NCBI GenBank assembly: GCA_964016885.1
Contig: OZ024741.1
Span: 77,934,001-77,998,000 of the forward strand
Reading direction: 5' to 3'
DNA: 64,000 bases
From: Eledone cirrhosa
Lineage: Eukaryota
The position numbers were made by a program, and so were the translations under genes. The notes beneath the pieces are model-generated. The model made no database searches. It was not told the DNA's origin and saw nothing but the letters and a program-made list of their open reading frames with translations. Positions 37,701-51,849 of this stretch are shown here, piece by piece; within the stretch, counting starts at the first letter, position 1; each line of letters begins with the position of its first letter.

Positions 37701-38594
37701 TAAACACCTTGTCTGTATATGTAGTGAAAAAAAGAAATGTAGCAAAGTGAAATGTAGTTAAGTTGGATGTTATTGAGTGGATGTGGTGATGTAATGAATT
37801 GGTTTGTGTTTGTTATTGTTCATTTGAGTGTGGCAGAGTTTGTAGTAGTGATTATGGTTGGCTTGCTGGGTGGTTATGCATCAGGTAAATATTGTCCCAG
37901 ATATAAGCGCTGTGTGAAAATGATGAGGAATGAACAAGTAAAACATGGTTGCTGCTTAAAGAACTTTTATTAAGAAAATAACTTACTACGAAGATATCAT
38001 AGACAATGTAACGAAAACAAGATTTAAGTTGTTTTGATACATGTGTGTGTGCAATGATTTAAAACAAAGGTTCTCAACACATTTCGGCGAACCCCCCCTA
38101 CTTTTCCCTTTTTCAATATACTACTGATTTTGATATCAGTAGATTACTGGTACGAATTAAATACAAAAAAGTTTCAGTCCAAAACAAAAGCAAGCTTTTT
38201 CAAATTATATATTTTTGAAAAATAAACGTGAATGTTCTCGAAGATTTGATCTCAGTCAAAAAAGCTTTTTTTTTAACTTCTATATTTCACTGTTAGCTGT
38301 TGTAATATTTTGAGTGGATAGACAATTCTACAATTCAAACTGTAAAGTCAAAATACAAAAGATGCAAAATATGAAGAATTTCTTACCTTTCTCTTGAATC
38401 ACAAACTCAAGGGAAAAATAGTACCTTGCAAAATAAAATGCCTCGATCACAAACTTAGTTGCAACGAATGAATTGAGATCCTTAGTGACAGTGAGCAAAC
38501 AATATCTGTATTGGTACAGAAAGAATTTTGTCTCCAGTTTTTATTGCCGGGTCAAAAGCAACTGCTATTTGCAACAACGTCAAGTAATAACGCC

Positions 38595-38625
<31 letters not shown>

Positions 38626-38734
38626 GAGAGAGAGAGAAATAGAAAAAAGAGAGAAAGAGGGAGAGACATAGAGAGTAAGAAATGTGTGTGTGTGTTTGGT
38701 ACACGTCTATCTATCTATCTATCTATCTCTCCAA

Positions 38735-39136
38735 CAGGGGGCTCAAACATGTGGCCCACGAACTACTTTTCTATGGCCCACGGTAGAACCAATATTTCAG
38801 ATTCCATTATAACTGGTGAAAATAAGGCGGTGAGCTGGTGGAATCATTAGCACATCTGGCGAAATGCTTAGCGGTACTTCTTCCATTTTTACGTACCAAG
38901 TTCAAATTCCGCCGATCTCAACTTTGCCTTTCATCCTTTTGGGTTGATAAATTAAGTACCAGTTGTGAACTGGGATCAATGTAATCGACGGGACCCTAAA
39001 CTCTAAATTTCATGCCTTGTGCCAATAGTAGAAATTATTATAACTGGTGAAAATCATTACGCACCACCACGTTTGGCCCAGTGCTTCCCCTCCAGGACGT
39101 AATGGCCCTTTTATGTCCTTGAGTTTGAGACCCCTC
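38735..39136. mobile_element. Nested hAT-type MITE
   Basis: Ends CAGGGGGCTCAAAC / GTTTGAGACCCCTC. TSD not evident. Confidence 0.6.
38824..39036 (+). mobile_element. tRNA-derived SINE with 18-bp TSD
   Basis: B box GTTCAAATTCC and core GCCTTTCATCCTTTTGGG. ATTATAACTGGTGAAAAT occurs at 38806 and 39037. Confidence 0.85.
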
Positions 39137-39144
39137 TTCTACAT

Positions 39145-39204
<60 letters not shown>

Positions 39205-39836
39205 TTTACTTTTTTTTTTTCTGTCTCTGGACTGCGCCCATGCTGGAGCATCACCTTGGTAAGTTATGGGGACGTCAACAAACCAACAGGCATTGGTGGG
39301 AGGGCAAACACAAACGCAAAGACACACACAGACATATATACATATATACGACGCGGATCTTTTAGTTTCGGCCTATCACATCCACTCACAGGGCTTTGGT
39401 CGGCCCGGGCAGTAGGACTGAACCTGGAAACGTGGTTGGGAAGCAAGCTTCTTGTCACACTGCGCATATATATATATATGTGTGTGTGTGTGTGTTATCA
39501 AGTTAACAATGAAAATAAAAAGAACAAATTCAAGTTACTTTATTCGTTAACAAGCTTCTTTTATTTATTTTCTTTGTTTTCTTCATTCAAATGCATTCAC
39601 ACTGGCTGTCTCAGAGACGTACAAATATGGCTTATAAAACTTACCTAAGTAAATAGCCTAGCACCCCGCAAAGCTTCAAACGCCCCCCTAACGCCCCCTT
39701 GCTCTAACCCCCACCCCCACCCCGAATGTACATCGGGGCGGGGGCGGGGGTATCCCCCCCCCCCCCCCCCGTTGAGAACCTTTCATTTAAAATATGGTAT
39801 TTTTTGTAATGAGATAATGGTCGTTTGTCTGGCAAT

Positions 39837-39872
<36 letters not shown>

Positions 39873-40019
39873 AACAGGGTTTGTGCAAGGCAGTGGTCTA
39901 CAATTTAACTGCTTGAAATCCTCTCTGCAACTCTCTTGTTGACTTAGATAGTTGCTATTGCTATTTATTAGAAATGCTCATTCTGTTTCTAGAAGTTGAA
40001 AACATGCAGAGCAGATTTT

Positions 40020-40230
40020 AATGGATTTTACGGGTAAAACCAACTGGTAGGAGACCCACAGGTAGACCCCACACAAGACAGTTGGATAACATTCATGAGT
40101 TTGATGGTCTCGCTTGGAGATCCAGCCAGATCAGTTGGAGTCGGTTGCTTCTAACAGGACCCACTGGAAGGAGTGTTTGATGACTCTGCCCCCTCAACCA
40201 TCTCAGGAATATGTGGGCAAAGAAGAAGAT
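40020..40230 (+). mobile_element. Old RTE 3' end remnant
   Basis: PTGRRPTGRP..R..DNI...W......LPP.P followed by a GAAGAAGA tail. Confidence 0.55.
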
Positions 40231-41472
40231 TTTAATGTCAAAATTATAGACATTGTAACGCCTAAAGAATGATTACTAGAGAAACTTATCTATAAGGCCA
40301 CACCAGGTCAAGCTTTTGGGGGCTGGTTGATAGACCGAATGAAACCCTATTGAAGAGAGTATCATATTACTGCTACATATACACTATCTTTGTGGACAGA
40401 GAAAGAAGTATCCATCAGACAAGTTGTGTTCCTTGTGTTACGATTTCATCAGTAACTGATTACTTTCTTTAACAGCCCACAAACATACTGCTTATAAATT
40501 CACTGGCACTAGTGGCTTAAGTAATAAATAATATATATTCAGTAGTACAGTCCTAGGCCTATCTAGGGTATGGCAAGCATGGTATGTGCCATGGGCATGA
40601 CTTGAAAGGGGGCGCTACCTGGACTAGGAGCACATTCTATTAAAGTCAGGCAAGCTATCGTCAAAGAGTGAAAAAAGAAACTTCTTCAGATGTATGATCT
40701 GTCTTTGATTATCAGGGGTGAAAAACACTATGGTGGTGGCTGGATCATTAAACCATTTATATAAATTATTAGGACATTAGGTAAAAATACAGTGCTGGGA
40801 ACTACATGATCATAGAGGCATACCTCATAGTATGACTTGTTAAATATTTTAATAGGGTTTTAATATTTGTCAAAGATAAGTATTATACAGATCACTTTAA
40901 ATACACTAACACTTTTGCCAATATTTTACATATACTTAAGCATAAGAAAAGAAAACTGTGCTGTCAATCCCATTGTCTAACAATTACTATATAGCTTGCT
41001 GCATGGGCAGGGGCACAATTTCAATGTTTGCCATAGGTGCTATTTTCCCTTGTTACACCTCTGAGTACAGTATAACATTGAATTTAATCACTAACACATT
41101 AGTAAGTTATTGATTGAACGAGCTACCAAGAATATGCTATATATGTACAAATTGATCTACCCAGTTTACTTCAGTCACTAGTTATAGTGGGTTTAAAACA
41201 ATATTTTTGTAAACAGTTAACATAGATATTCAGTCTCCAAATAGAATTGAATTTAATCTAGCTCATTCTTTTTTCAGTCAATGAAGATATTGTATATATA
41301 TGTAGACAAAGTGTTCACATTTATCTCTAAATCCAGAGTTGGTTAAACACCTATAGATAATTCTGGACTACAGTATAGCATTGAAACAAAACACTGTTAA
41401 GACACTAATAATTTATAAGTAAATGATTATATTTAACAATTTTTATTTCATTATTTAGATATTATTTAGATA

Positions 41473-41655
41473 GGGCGGTAGATTGGCAGTATCGGTAGAT
41501 CGCCATGCTTTCCAGCATAGTTACGTCCCTTTATGATCTGAGTTCAAATCCCGCCGAGGTTGACTTTGCCTTTCATCCTTACGGGGTCGATAAAATAAAG
41601 TACCAGTAATGCACTGGGTAATTGCTGGCCTTGTGCCTAAAGTAGAAACAATTAT
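41473..41655 (+). mobile_element. tRNA-derived SINE
   Basis: Near-identical to the 21072 copy. ATTATTTAGATA flanks both sides (TSD). Confidence 0.85.
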
Positions 41656-41689
41656 TTAGATATTAAAGATATTAAACAAGATATTAAAC

Positions 41690-42072
41690 TTCCATGTAAC
41701 ATTGCTGTTTGTATACACGCATCATACAGTCTGCCTTTCATTTTGAGGGAAAAGCCTTTTGCAGATAGCAGTGGCAGTAACTCCCTGAACTTCTTCCATC
41801 CCGTTCTTACCCTAGTTATTGTACTTTCTGACCCTAGTTATTGTACTTTCCTGTGGACGTTTGCTGCTTGCTGTCCCAGCGTAGCTGCTACATATGAAGC
41901 CTACATTCTTAGTTAAACTTCCTGAGATCCCACTACATCTCTTGTGTACCCATTGTTTGCATTTGGGACAGAGGATGGAGTTCCTACCTACACCTTTCCT
42001 ACATACTGAGCAAGGCCATTTCCCTGAGGGGATCTGGGTTCTGTTTTCTCGTCTACTTACAAGAACCTTAGT
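41690..42072 (-). mobile_element. RTE fragment (PHD region)
   Basis: Parallels 42775-43230 with deletions. Confidence 0.85.
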
Positions 42073-44480
42073 ATCATCATCATCATCATCATCACCGTTT
42101 TACGTCCATTCTTCCACGCTAGCATGGGTTAGACGGGTTGTCCTGTTGTGGGCAGTGTCTGGTCGGCTGACCATGCCTTGCTCATACAGGAACTGATTTG
42201 GCTTGATTTCTACAGCTGGATGTCCTTCCTAACACCAACATCATTTACAGTGAGTGCTGGGTGCTTTTTCGTGGCGCCTACACGTCCACTTTACAGTGTG
42301 GGCTGGGTGCTTTTTTGCCGTGGCACCTCCACGACCACCTTGCGGTGGGGGGTGTGGGGGCATATTGTCTATATGCTTCAGCTTGTACCCATGGGAGGTC
42401 GGGTACTCTGTATTACTGCGTGACGCCAGAAGTCACGGTCGTGTGTCATTGCCTTTGAGAGGTGTAATTGGGTAAGGTCGGCTTTTATCACCTCATCCCA
42501 GGTCATCTTGGGTCTCCCCACTCCGCGGTTTCCATCAACTTCTAGTGCTCTGCACCTTTTTATGCAGCTGTCATCCTTCATACGCATCACATGTCCATAC
42601 CAGCGCAACCGCCTCTCCTGCACACAGCATTTGATTCCTCTTATGCTCAGTCTCTCTCTCAATTCATTTATGCTTTGTCGTTCACGTATATTACTGTTAC
42701 ACATCCATCGGAACATGCAGGCTTCGTTTCTCTCTAATCTACGTAAGTCTTGCACCTTCAGCGCCCAGGTCTCACTACCATGCAACATTGCTGTTCGGAT
42801 ACACGCATCATACAGTCTGCCTTTCATTCTGAGGGAGAAGCCTTTTGCAGCTAGCAGTGGTAGTAGTTCCCTAAACTTCTTCCATCCCGTTCTTACCCTA
42901 GTTATTGTACTTTCTGAACACCCACCTCCGCTGCTAATTCGGTCACCTAGGTAGCAGAAGCTGTCTACTGTTTCTACAGAGCCCTCCCAGAGATTGGTGG
43001 TACTTGATTCCTGTGGCTGTTTGCTGCTTGGTGTCTCAGCACAGCTGCTGCATGTGAAGCCTACATTCTTAATTAAGCTTCCTAAGATCCTGCTACATCT
43101 CTTGTGTACCCATTGTTTGCATTTGGGGCAGAGAATGGAGTTCCTACCTACACCTTTCCTACATACTGAGCAAGGCCATTTCCCTGAGGGGATCTGGGTT
43201 CTGTTTTCTCGTCTACTTACAAGGACCTTAGTCTTTGTCATGTTGACTTTGAGACCCTTTCTTTCTAGTCCCTGCTTCCAAGTTTGGAATTTCTTCTCTA
43301 GTTCTACCATAGATTCAGCTATGAGTGCGAGGTCATCAGCATACAGGAGTTCCCATGGGCATCCGGTCTTAAACTCCTCTGTTATTGCCTGCAGGACTAT
43401 GATGAACAGGAGGGGGCTAAGAACAGAGCCCTGGTGGACCCCAACCTGTACGCTAAATTCCTCGCTATACTCATTGCTAATCCTAACTTTGCTGACTGCT
43501 CCCCTATACATGGCTTGTACCGCTTTCACAAGCCATTCATCTACTCCTAGTTTTCTAAGAGCCCATCAGATTACAGCACGTGGAACTCTGTCAAAGGCTT
43601 TCTCAAGGTCGACAAATGCCAAGTAGAGTGGATTACTTTTAGCTAGGTACTTTTCCTGTAACTGCCTCACAAGGAAGAGGCCATCAGTGGTGCCTCTTCC
43701 TGGTACAAACCCAAATTGCATCTCGTCTATTTTCACCCAGTCCCTAATCAACTGTGCTATAACTCTTTCTGTTACTTTCATGACCTGGTCCATCCACTTT
43801 ATACCTCTATAGTTTCCTCTATCTAGTGCATCGCCTTTACCTTTGTAGCAGTTGATAATGATGCTACTGCACCAATCTTTTGGTATGACACCTTCTAGTA
43901 TTACCTGGTTGACAATACGTGTGGTTATAGTGTGACCTACAGACCCAGATGCCATCAATATCTCGGCAGCTATACCCGATGGACCGGTTGCCTTCCCCAT
44001 CTTCATATCTTTGATTGCCTTACTTACTACATTGCTGCTGACTTGTACTGCTGGCCCCTCTATAGGGTCTACTTGGGGTAGGGTCTCTTCTTCCCATGCA
44101 TTCTCCTCATTTAGTAATCTATCATAATGACTCTTCCATGCATCTTTCTTCTCAGCACTTGTGAGGGCAAGCTCACCTTTATCATTCCGGATACACTTCT
44201 CTCCAATGACATCACAATTCTCTCTGAATTTTCTATCCTTTGCTTCTCTCCTAGCTAAGTATACTTGTCGCCTAGCTTCCCTCTTGGTCTCTATGTAATG
44301 TACCCTGCTCCCCCCGTTCTTCCATTCTTTCCATGCCTGTCTCTTGGCCTTAACTGCTTCATCTACCTTATTGTTCCACCACCAAGTCACTCTCCTCCTG
44401 CTTGAGGTCTTACTCCAGCCACAGACCTCATCCGTCGCCTCTAGTAAATTATTTTTTAGGAACTCCCAGTTCTCTTCTAC
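42073..44480 (-). mobile_element. 5'-truncated RTE LINE, second subfamily
   Basis: ORFs 43566-44390 and 42378-43529 are in frame, separated by one TGA (W->stop). RT, PHD and (CAT)n tail present. Confidence 0.96.
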
Positions 44481-44669
44481 ATTAAATGTAGTATATATAT
44501 ATATTTATGTAGTATATATATATTTATTTACTGCATCACATGTTACTTACATATACAGATCTTAACCAGTATATTAAATTGTAGATATTTTATTTATGCA
44601 TTTTTTAGAATAAGTTTCTGTTGTTCAATCTCTTCGTAGCTTCCATGTACTCAAAGATTTTGTTTATAT

Positions 44670-46570
44670 TTGGTAGACCAAATATAGTGGACAACCAATA
44701 TGTTGTGCCTTATAACAAATATTCAAGTCAGAAATACAACTGCCACATCAACGTAGAAATTTCTGCCTTCATCCGTTCCGTAAAATACAATTCGATAAAT
44801 GTAGGCATCTGCGAAGCAACTGACAACAAGATCATAATGCATGATGAAATCAACAATTATCTAGATGCCATATATGTGAATGCTCTGGAAGGAATGTGGA
44901 GATTACTTGAATTCAAAGTGCATGACAGATCCCATGCAATTATTCGCCTTCCTATTCATCTCCCGCAGGAACAGCCCTTCTATTTTGAAGAAAGAAAAGC
45001 ACTAGAAAGAGTTGTGCAATGCAACACTCCTCTAACAATATGGTTCTTGCTTAACTAAAATAATTGTTTCTACTTTTGGCACAAGGCCAGCAATTATCCC
45101 AGTGCATTACTGGTGCTTTATTTTATCGACCCTGTAAGGACAAAAGGCAAAGTTAACCTTGGCGGGATTTGAACTCAGACTATATAGGACCATAACCATA
45201 TGCTGCAAAGCATGGCATCCAGCCCTCTATCAATACTGCCAATCCACAACCTTTTGCTTCACCAAAATAATGAAAATACAAGGCAATATCTATATGTAGA
45301 CATTTCTTATCATTATGTCTACAATAAGAAAACTATGCAGTGAACTCCCAGACAACATGGAACTGATAAAATCATAAGTCGAATGTATTCTGTCAGCCCA
45401 AGGACCAAGAAAGATTTTTCGAGACTTTGTTTGCTGCACGTTAAAGGGGCTCGGGGTTTTAAGGAACTGAAAGATGATGATGAGGTTATATACGGTAGCT
45501 ATAAAGAAGCAGCAGAACAACGACAGTTGGTTCAAAATGACAATGAGATACTTTTTCAACAAATATGTCAAAGCAGATCCGACAGCTCTTTTGCATTTTC
45601 ATTAATCCAGTCCATCCTGACGTCCTGTTCAATGAATTTGAAGAATGTTTGCCTGAAAACTTCCTTAGGCATCACACCAGAGATATCTCAGTACGAGATA
45701 TATAGCTTTACGAGAAATTGAAACAACACTGTCCTTAAAAGGTTTGATATACTGGAATTTGCAAATTCCAATTGCTGGTATGCCTTTGATGACTGCCCAG
45801 AATGTAATGTAGAGCAAAACTAAGATGACCTTCGAGTGGAAGCACAAATTGTTTCTTTGACAGACAATTAGCGGCATGCAAATTGTCACAGTTATTGATG
45901 AAGAACACCAATCCAGCAGAGTTTTCTTCTTAGATAGTCCTGGTGGTACAGGAAACATTTTCCTCTACAATACATTGATATCACATTTGAATAGTCAAGG
46001 AAAGTGTGTTCTCTCATTTGCTACAACAGGCATTGAGGCTGATCTATTGCACCAAGGAAGAACTGAACACAGTGGCTTTAAACTCCCAGTGGCTATCCTG
46101 AAAAATCCTATGTCACTAACAAAGACTCCACCACAACACTCCGAAAAATTAAAATTAGCTGACCTAATAATAATTGATGAAGCGTCAATGCTTTCAGGAA
46201 ATATATTGAAGTGCATACATATACTGCTAAAGGAGATAATGAATTACCATAAATCTTTTGGCGGTAAAGTTCTCTTTCTTGGAGAAAACTTTAGGCATAT
46301 TGCACTGGTTATTCCGCGAAGATCAAATGCTGCTGTAATTGAATCTTTTATCAAATAGACTCCTCTGTGGTCATATGTGGAAATTTTTACATTGATTGAG
46401 TATATTCAAATAAATGGACAAGAAGAATTCCACGCATGGCTTCTTAGCATAAGAAATGGAACAGTCACCAATGATGTGAGCTTAGATCAAGATCTGATAG
46501 AAATGCCTGAAACCATGGTTTCATCTGGAAATTTGATAAGAGACGTATTTGGCGACGCAATTTCTGTAGT
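44670..46570 (+). mobile_element. Helitron RepHel remnant (Rep C-terminus + PIF1-like helicase)
   Basis: VDNQYVVPYN, YNCHINVE, HDEINNYLD, RLPIHLP, LCLLHVKGA, FFLDSPGGTG, ATTGIEADLL, IIIDEASM, FGGKVLFLGENFR. Confidence 0.93.
45060..45250 (-). mobile_element. tRNA-derived SINE inserted in the Helitron
   Basis: Reverse complement of the 21072 family. Imperfect TSD TGCTT.AC.AAAATAAT. Confidence 0.8.
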
Positions 46571-48829
46571 AATAAAAATAAAAATAATGAAATTATTGTG
46601 TACAGTGCTCAGGTGCACTACAACTCATCAAAGGTGCATGTATAGTACATAGAATAATATACAAATGTCAGAGAGGTGAATAGTGTATGAGTCATGATAT
46701 ACATGTGGGCGTGTGTATGGAGGGGGAATATTAGGTGTAGTGTTGGCGAATCTCAGGAAGCATGGAGGTTTTAAAGGATGCAGTGTCTCGACAGCTAATA
46801 ACTGATGCAGGTAGTTTGTTCCATGCTTCAGCAACTCTGAGCGTGAAAAGATTTTTCTGAAAGTCATGGGAGCTGTGCTGTTTTCTGACTTTATTGGCAT
46901 ACCCACGTGTGTTAGACACATGGAAATCAAAAAGGTACTCTGGGTTGTTGTTGGCAAGATGGTTAATAATTTTGTGGGTGTTTACCAAGTCATTTGCCAG
47001 ACGTCGGAGCTTCAATGTATCCATGCCCAGGGAAGCAAGGCGCTCAGAGTATGGTAGATACCTGATGGAGGGTATTCGCTTGGTTGCACGTCTCTGAACA
47101 GTTTCCAGGCGGTCAATGTTCTGAGCAAGATAAGGGTTCCAGACTGGTGATGCAAAGTGTGGCCGTACCATAGCTATATACAGCTTTAAATAGATAGCTG
47201 GAGAGTGGCTGACAAAGGTCTTGCTGAGTAATGCTAAGACACCCTCAGCCTTCTAGACAATTTTAGAGATGTGCTTCGGCCAACGCAAATCTCTGCGGAC
47301 AGTAATGCCCAGGTCACGTTCACAAGAAGACTTCTTGATATTAGTGTTGTGGAGGGAGTATGTGGACGCTGGGTTTTTACTCCAAAAATTCATGGTGGTA
47401 CACTTGTCCACAGCCAGCTTGAGTTGCCAGTCTGTGATCCATTGTTGCATTGTATCCAGGTCAGATTGCAGGCAAGATCTATAGTTTTCAGAATCTGTCC
47501 TTTTTATCTCAAGGTACAGCTTGATGTCATCTGCATATTTCAGGACTGTGGTATTCTTTAAGTTGGCATCTATGTCATTAATATATGCCACAACAAAAGG
47601 GGGCCAAGAACAGATCCCTGTGGTACAGCAGATGACATCTCATATGGTGAGGAATGCTGTCCTAGAACCGTGACTACCTCTCTTCAACTGAGAATGAAGG
47701 ACTTCAACCAATTAAAAAGATCATCCTTCACACCCATTGCAGAGAGTTTTGGCATAAGTCTTTTGTATGGCACAGAATTGAAAGCTTTAGCCACTCATGA
47801 GCTGCCATCAGTGATCCGGGTGATGTCTTCAAGAAACTCGATAAGCTGACCACAACAGCTGGAATTAGGGATAAATCCAAATTGCAAGGGCCGTATAAGT
47901 CTGTGAGAGTTCCAGGAATTCCAAAGTGTTTCTCTGACACAGGATTCCATCAGTTTTTCAATGCAGCTAATAAGACTGACTGGACGATAGTTCACAGGTG
48001 ATGTGCAGTCACCCTTTTTGAACAGGGGAATGACACTGGCAGTTTTCCACTGTTCTGAAGTAACACCATTGTTCAGACAGAATTGGAAGAAGCGTGATAG
48101 CTAGTGCAGAAGGAAGTACCTACCACGTTTGAGAAGCAGGTACGTAACACCATCAAGACCAGGAGAGGCATGGTTACGTTTATTTTTAAGGTGACGTCGC
48201 AGCATTGCAGCTGTAAATTCCATAGTTGTAATAGAATCCGATGTCAGAGGTGGTGGAGATGGTACACTCTGGTCTTCAATAGTGAAAATGCCTGCATAAC
48301 ATTCAGCAATGAGTTCTGCGCATTCCTTGGGGTCGTCTGTAACCTGGCTTGTGTGGGGATTGCGAAGAGGACCAACTGGAGAGTGAGGCCTCTGCTTTGA
48401 GTGAACATATTTCCAGAACACCTTACTGTCAGGGTTGGTTGCTACGCGCTACTCAAATTCAAGCACTGCCTTTTTTGTCACCTGCTTGAGATGGTTGGAT
48501 GATTTATTTCGCTTTTTCCTATTGATATCTGATTTATGCAGTTTGTACTCACGTTCAGCAATACGACGTTCTTTTCTAGCAAGACGGACTGCTGCAGTCT
48601 CCCAAATTGCACTTTTGGGATGTTTTTTTTCTGCTTACATGGCAGCGATGCTGCACATGCTGCCCATATTGAGTTCAAGATGTTCTGGAGTACAGTGTTG
48701 ACATCTCCAGATTCGTAAAACTCAAGCCAGTTTAGACGTTGCAGCTCGGTGCAGTAACAGTTCCAGTCTGTTTTATTCCAGTCAAAGTGAGCAGTTTGGA
48801 GATGGTTGTGGTTTTTGTTACTGCCCATC
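46570..48829 (-). mobile_element. 5'-truncated CR1-type LINE inserted in the Helitron
   Basis: FWKYV, ASPGLDGV, NYRPVSL, YINDI...KYADDIKL, ERDLGI, LETVQRRATK, YSERL, LRVAEAWNKLP. (ATT)-type tail. Confidence 0.93.
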
Positions 48830-49340
48830 GGTGATACTGATGAAATTTAGACAAAATTTATTTTAAGACCAAAAAAATAGAAGATTTAATTGAACTGAAT
48901 ACTACTAGGTGCAGACTTACAGATATATCAAAGTGTTGATGTGTTGTATGACGAAAGTGACGAGATCTGTTTGTGTTAATAGAACGTTTTTCAATTTTCT
49001 GATACGTCAGGCATGTCTTAATACAATCTAGCACTGAAGAAAAATTCCTTTGCGATTTTTATGAGAATGTGGATCCTGCTAATGTCCTGTTAAATGGTAT
49101 TCGATATTTGGTTTTATCATCTAATGAATTTTATATCCATGCAAACATAATTACTGGCAGTAAAAAAAGAAATGAAGCTTTTATACCAAGAGTTAGCATG
49201 CGTCCGAGTGAAACAGGTCTATCCTTCAATATGAGCCTACGGTAGATACCAGCTTTTGCCATGACCATAAACAAATCGCAAGGACAGAGCTTCAAAATAG
49301 CTGGTATTTTCATGTCTGTTCCCGTATTTATTCACGATAA
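48830..49340 (+). mobile_element. Helitron helicase C-terminal continuation
   Basis: NG.RYLV, FIPR, PAFAMTINKSQGQSF (PIF1 motif). Confidence 0.85.
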
Positions 49341-51363
49341 AACAGCGAACATTCTATTGGTGCAAACAGATCTAAGGGAGATTACTCTAAAAGCCATCCA
49401 ATTAAAAAGAAATCTAGTTACTCGGATGCTGAGTTATGTCCCTTAGATGCTTTATGAGTAATGGTGGGTAAAGTCCGTAAATTTCCAATGAATCCTTTCC
49501 AATTATATTATATCTATGTAACCACTTTCAAAGATTGTTGCGAGAAGTTTAGAAAAACAGACAACAGAGAATTGTCCAAATTCACCGATTGACAAATTAC
49601 ATATATCTGTCAACAAAGGGACGAATTATTCGTTAGTTATCTGAAAAATTACGGATCATCTAGTTCAGGGGTGACTGTTTTTAATTTTTACCTTGTAGGC
49701 TTATTTAGATTTTTTTTCGTAACCGTAATACAATTTTCTGTTAGTTGACCTATACTAAAGGGCTTCACTGATAGGGTTAAGTATGTTAGAATTGCCCAGT
49801 TCCATGTTATGGAAAGAAGTTGTGGTGAATCTTTTGAATAGTGCTTAATAAATATTAATGGCCCTAATAGTTGTCCCAATGTTCAAAAGTGACCTGCCAC
49901 TGGAATATGTTGCACCCCCTGATCTAGTTGGTAATGTGATTGTAATTTCTAGTGGATTTATTAGTTCGAGTTTTTACTGCTAACTAAGCTAACACTTAAA
50001 CTACTTTAAATTACGGTTGGAAGTATACATTTGATTAAAATATCCACATTTTAATAGAATGGTTCTGATACTATGGAGTTAAATGCATGTATGTGGGGGA
50101 AATTTTGGGTGCGAATATAGGTGTTTATGGTACTTATTATATTAGTATATATGCCAGTGTTTGTAAATAGAATTTTGTAAATAGAATGTTTTTAAGTACT
50201 GTAAACTATGAGCGTATTAATACGTTTTTATTTTATTTTGATATTGTAAATTCCGATGAGTTCTAGTACTACAGGGTCGAAAAGTGTATCGATGTATGTG
50301 TGTATATAAGTTACTTATTAAGCTTGTATGTAAGTTTGTTTGTGCCTGTAAACCGATGTGTGAGTGAGCGGTTGTTTGTGGGTGGTGATGATTATAGTTC
50401 ATGTTAATGGAATTGGTGGTTTGGGTAATTACTATATATTATGCAATGTAGTTTATCTTGGGACCTATGTGTGAAGCGAAGCTTTACTTCTTAAGGAAGA
50501 AATGATGAACACGACAAATACCAACAATTCTGTTTGAATTTATATCTTTACTTCACTTCAGCAAAAAGGAAAATAATATGATTACTTCGAATCGTAAATA
50601 TTAAGTTTGATTATAGTGTTCACAAATGAAGATAGTGTTCAATAAGCATTCTGTATTGTGCGAGAGTCTCTTTATTTACCATGGGATGTTCCCTTAAAAA
50701 GTGAGAAGTTGTAGGCAAACAGTATGTACCAGCAGAGGTAGTAGTAAACTCTTATATGGTGAGGTCGTATTGTACAAGTGAAGTGGCAGTTAACTGAGTG
50801 TTGGGACCAGAGGCAGCCTATTTATAATGATGGCTAGTTATTCCCCTAATAGATAACAGATAGCCCTAGAATATGTTCTCCTTCCTATGACTGGTGTTGT
50901 AAATCCTACCATTAGGAGAATTTATCTATTGTCTTCTCTGCGAGGTCGCAGGTCACTTACTTGTTGGCGTTTCCGTAAGGGAAAAGAAAACCCGTGGGAA
51001 AATATTTCTTTCGCTCCATGTATGCTCCGAGCGTGTTGCTGGGACTGTCCACGTGCAAATAGATATTGAAATTTCTGTAATGGAGTGCCTGAATAAGTGT
51101 TGTTGTTTTAGTGCCGCTATTGGAAGTGTAGCTACGTCAGCGTGTGTGCTTCAATAGGCGCTAGTTCTGTGTGTATTTCAGGATGCTGGTGGAGTCTACT
51201 GGTGAAACTTGGATGGAGTTGGGTTCATTAGAGTGTATGTGCTAAGTGGACCTAGGTGTGTATCTGCAGGTGTCAATGCATAATAGTGCGTGCAGAAGTA
51301 TTATGGTGACCTTGGGTGTATGCTCCGGTGTGGATATGTACAATGGATGTTGGGAAAAGTGTC

Positions 51364-51795
51364 TTACTCTCCTGGAACGTGAGAAGGTCTGAATTTGAAG
51401 CATGTTTTGTAAATCCGGTGTTTGCACGAAGTTACTAGTTCATCCTTTTTTATTTGATAGTTGTTCCTTGACGAAATAAATTTGGATTGTTTCCTCGGAG
51501 CATTACGCGGGCGGCGTTTTCCTGTATAAGGTTTGGTCTTGGACAAGGAACTCCAATTCAGTTCGTAGGTAATGCTGTTGTTGCGGAGGTCCCATATATG
51601 ACTGGAGAGTGATGAAGCATTTCTCCGAGCCAGGTTGCTAATAGTATGTTGGCGTTGGTTAAATCTTGTCTTAAATTCACAGGTGGTTAATCCGATGTAG
51701 GCTTTGTTGGTGTGTTCCGTTGTGACATTGCAGTTGTACATGAGGTTCTGTTGCCGGCATTTGTTGTTTAATGGACAATGTTTTTGTCTGTTCAA
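51364..51795 (-). mobile_element. Penelope-like (Neptune-type) GIY-YIG endonuclease fragment
   Basis: CPLNNKC...YNCNV...YIGLT..EFKTRF...SLSSHIWDL......LNW.......PY...ELVTSCKH. Confidence 0.85.
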
Positions 51796-51849
51796 TTACG
51801 TAGCTTGATGTCCTCCTTACTGAGGTCAGAGAGGGGTCTATTAGAGTTG

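Larger units (their letters stand above)
38065..39784. mobile_element. Non-autonomous hAT element with nested insertions
   Basis: TIRs CAAAGGTTCTCAAC / GTTGAGAACCTTTC and a perfect 8-bp TSD ATTTAAAA (38057-38064; 39785-39792). Confidence 0.85.

Noticed and set aside
40550-41065. hAT-like MITE
   Set aside because: The ends are only loosely complementary and no clear TSD is present.
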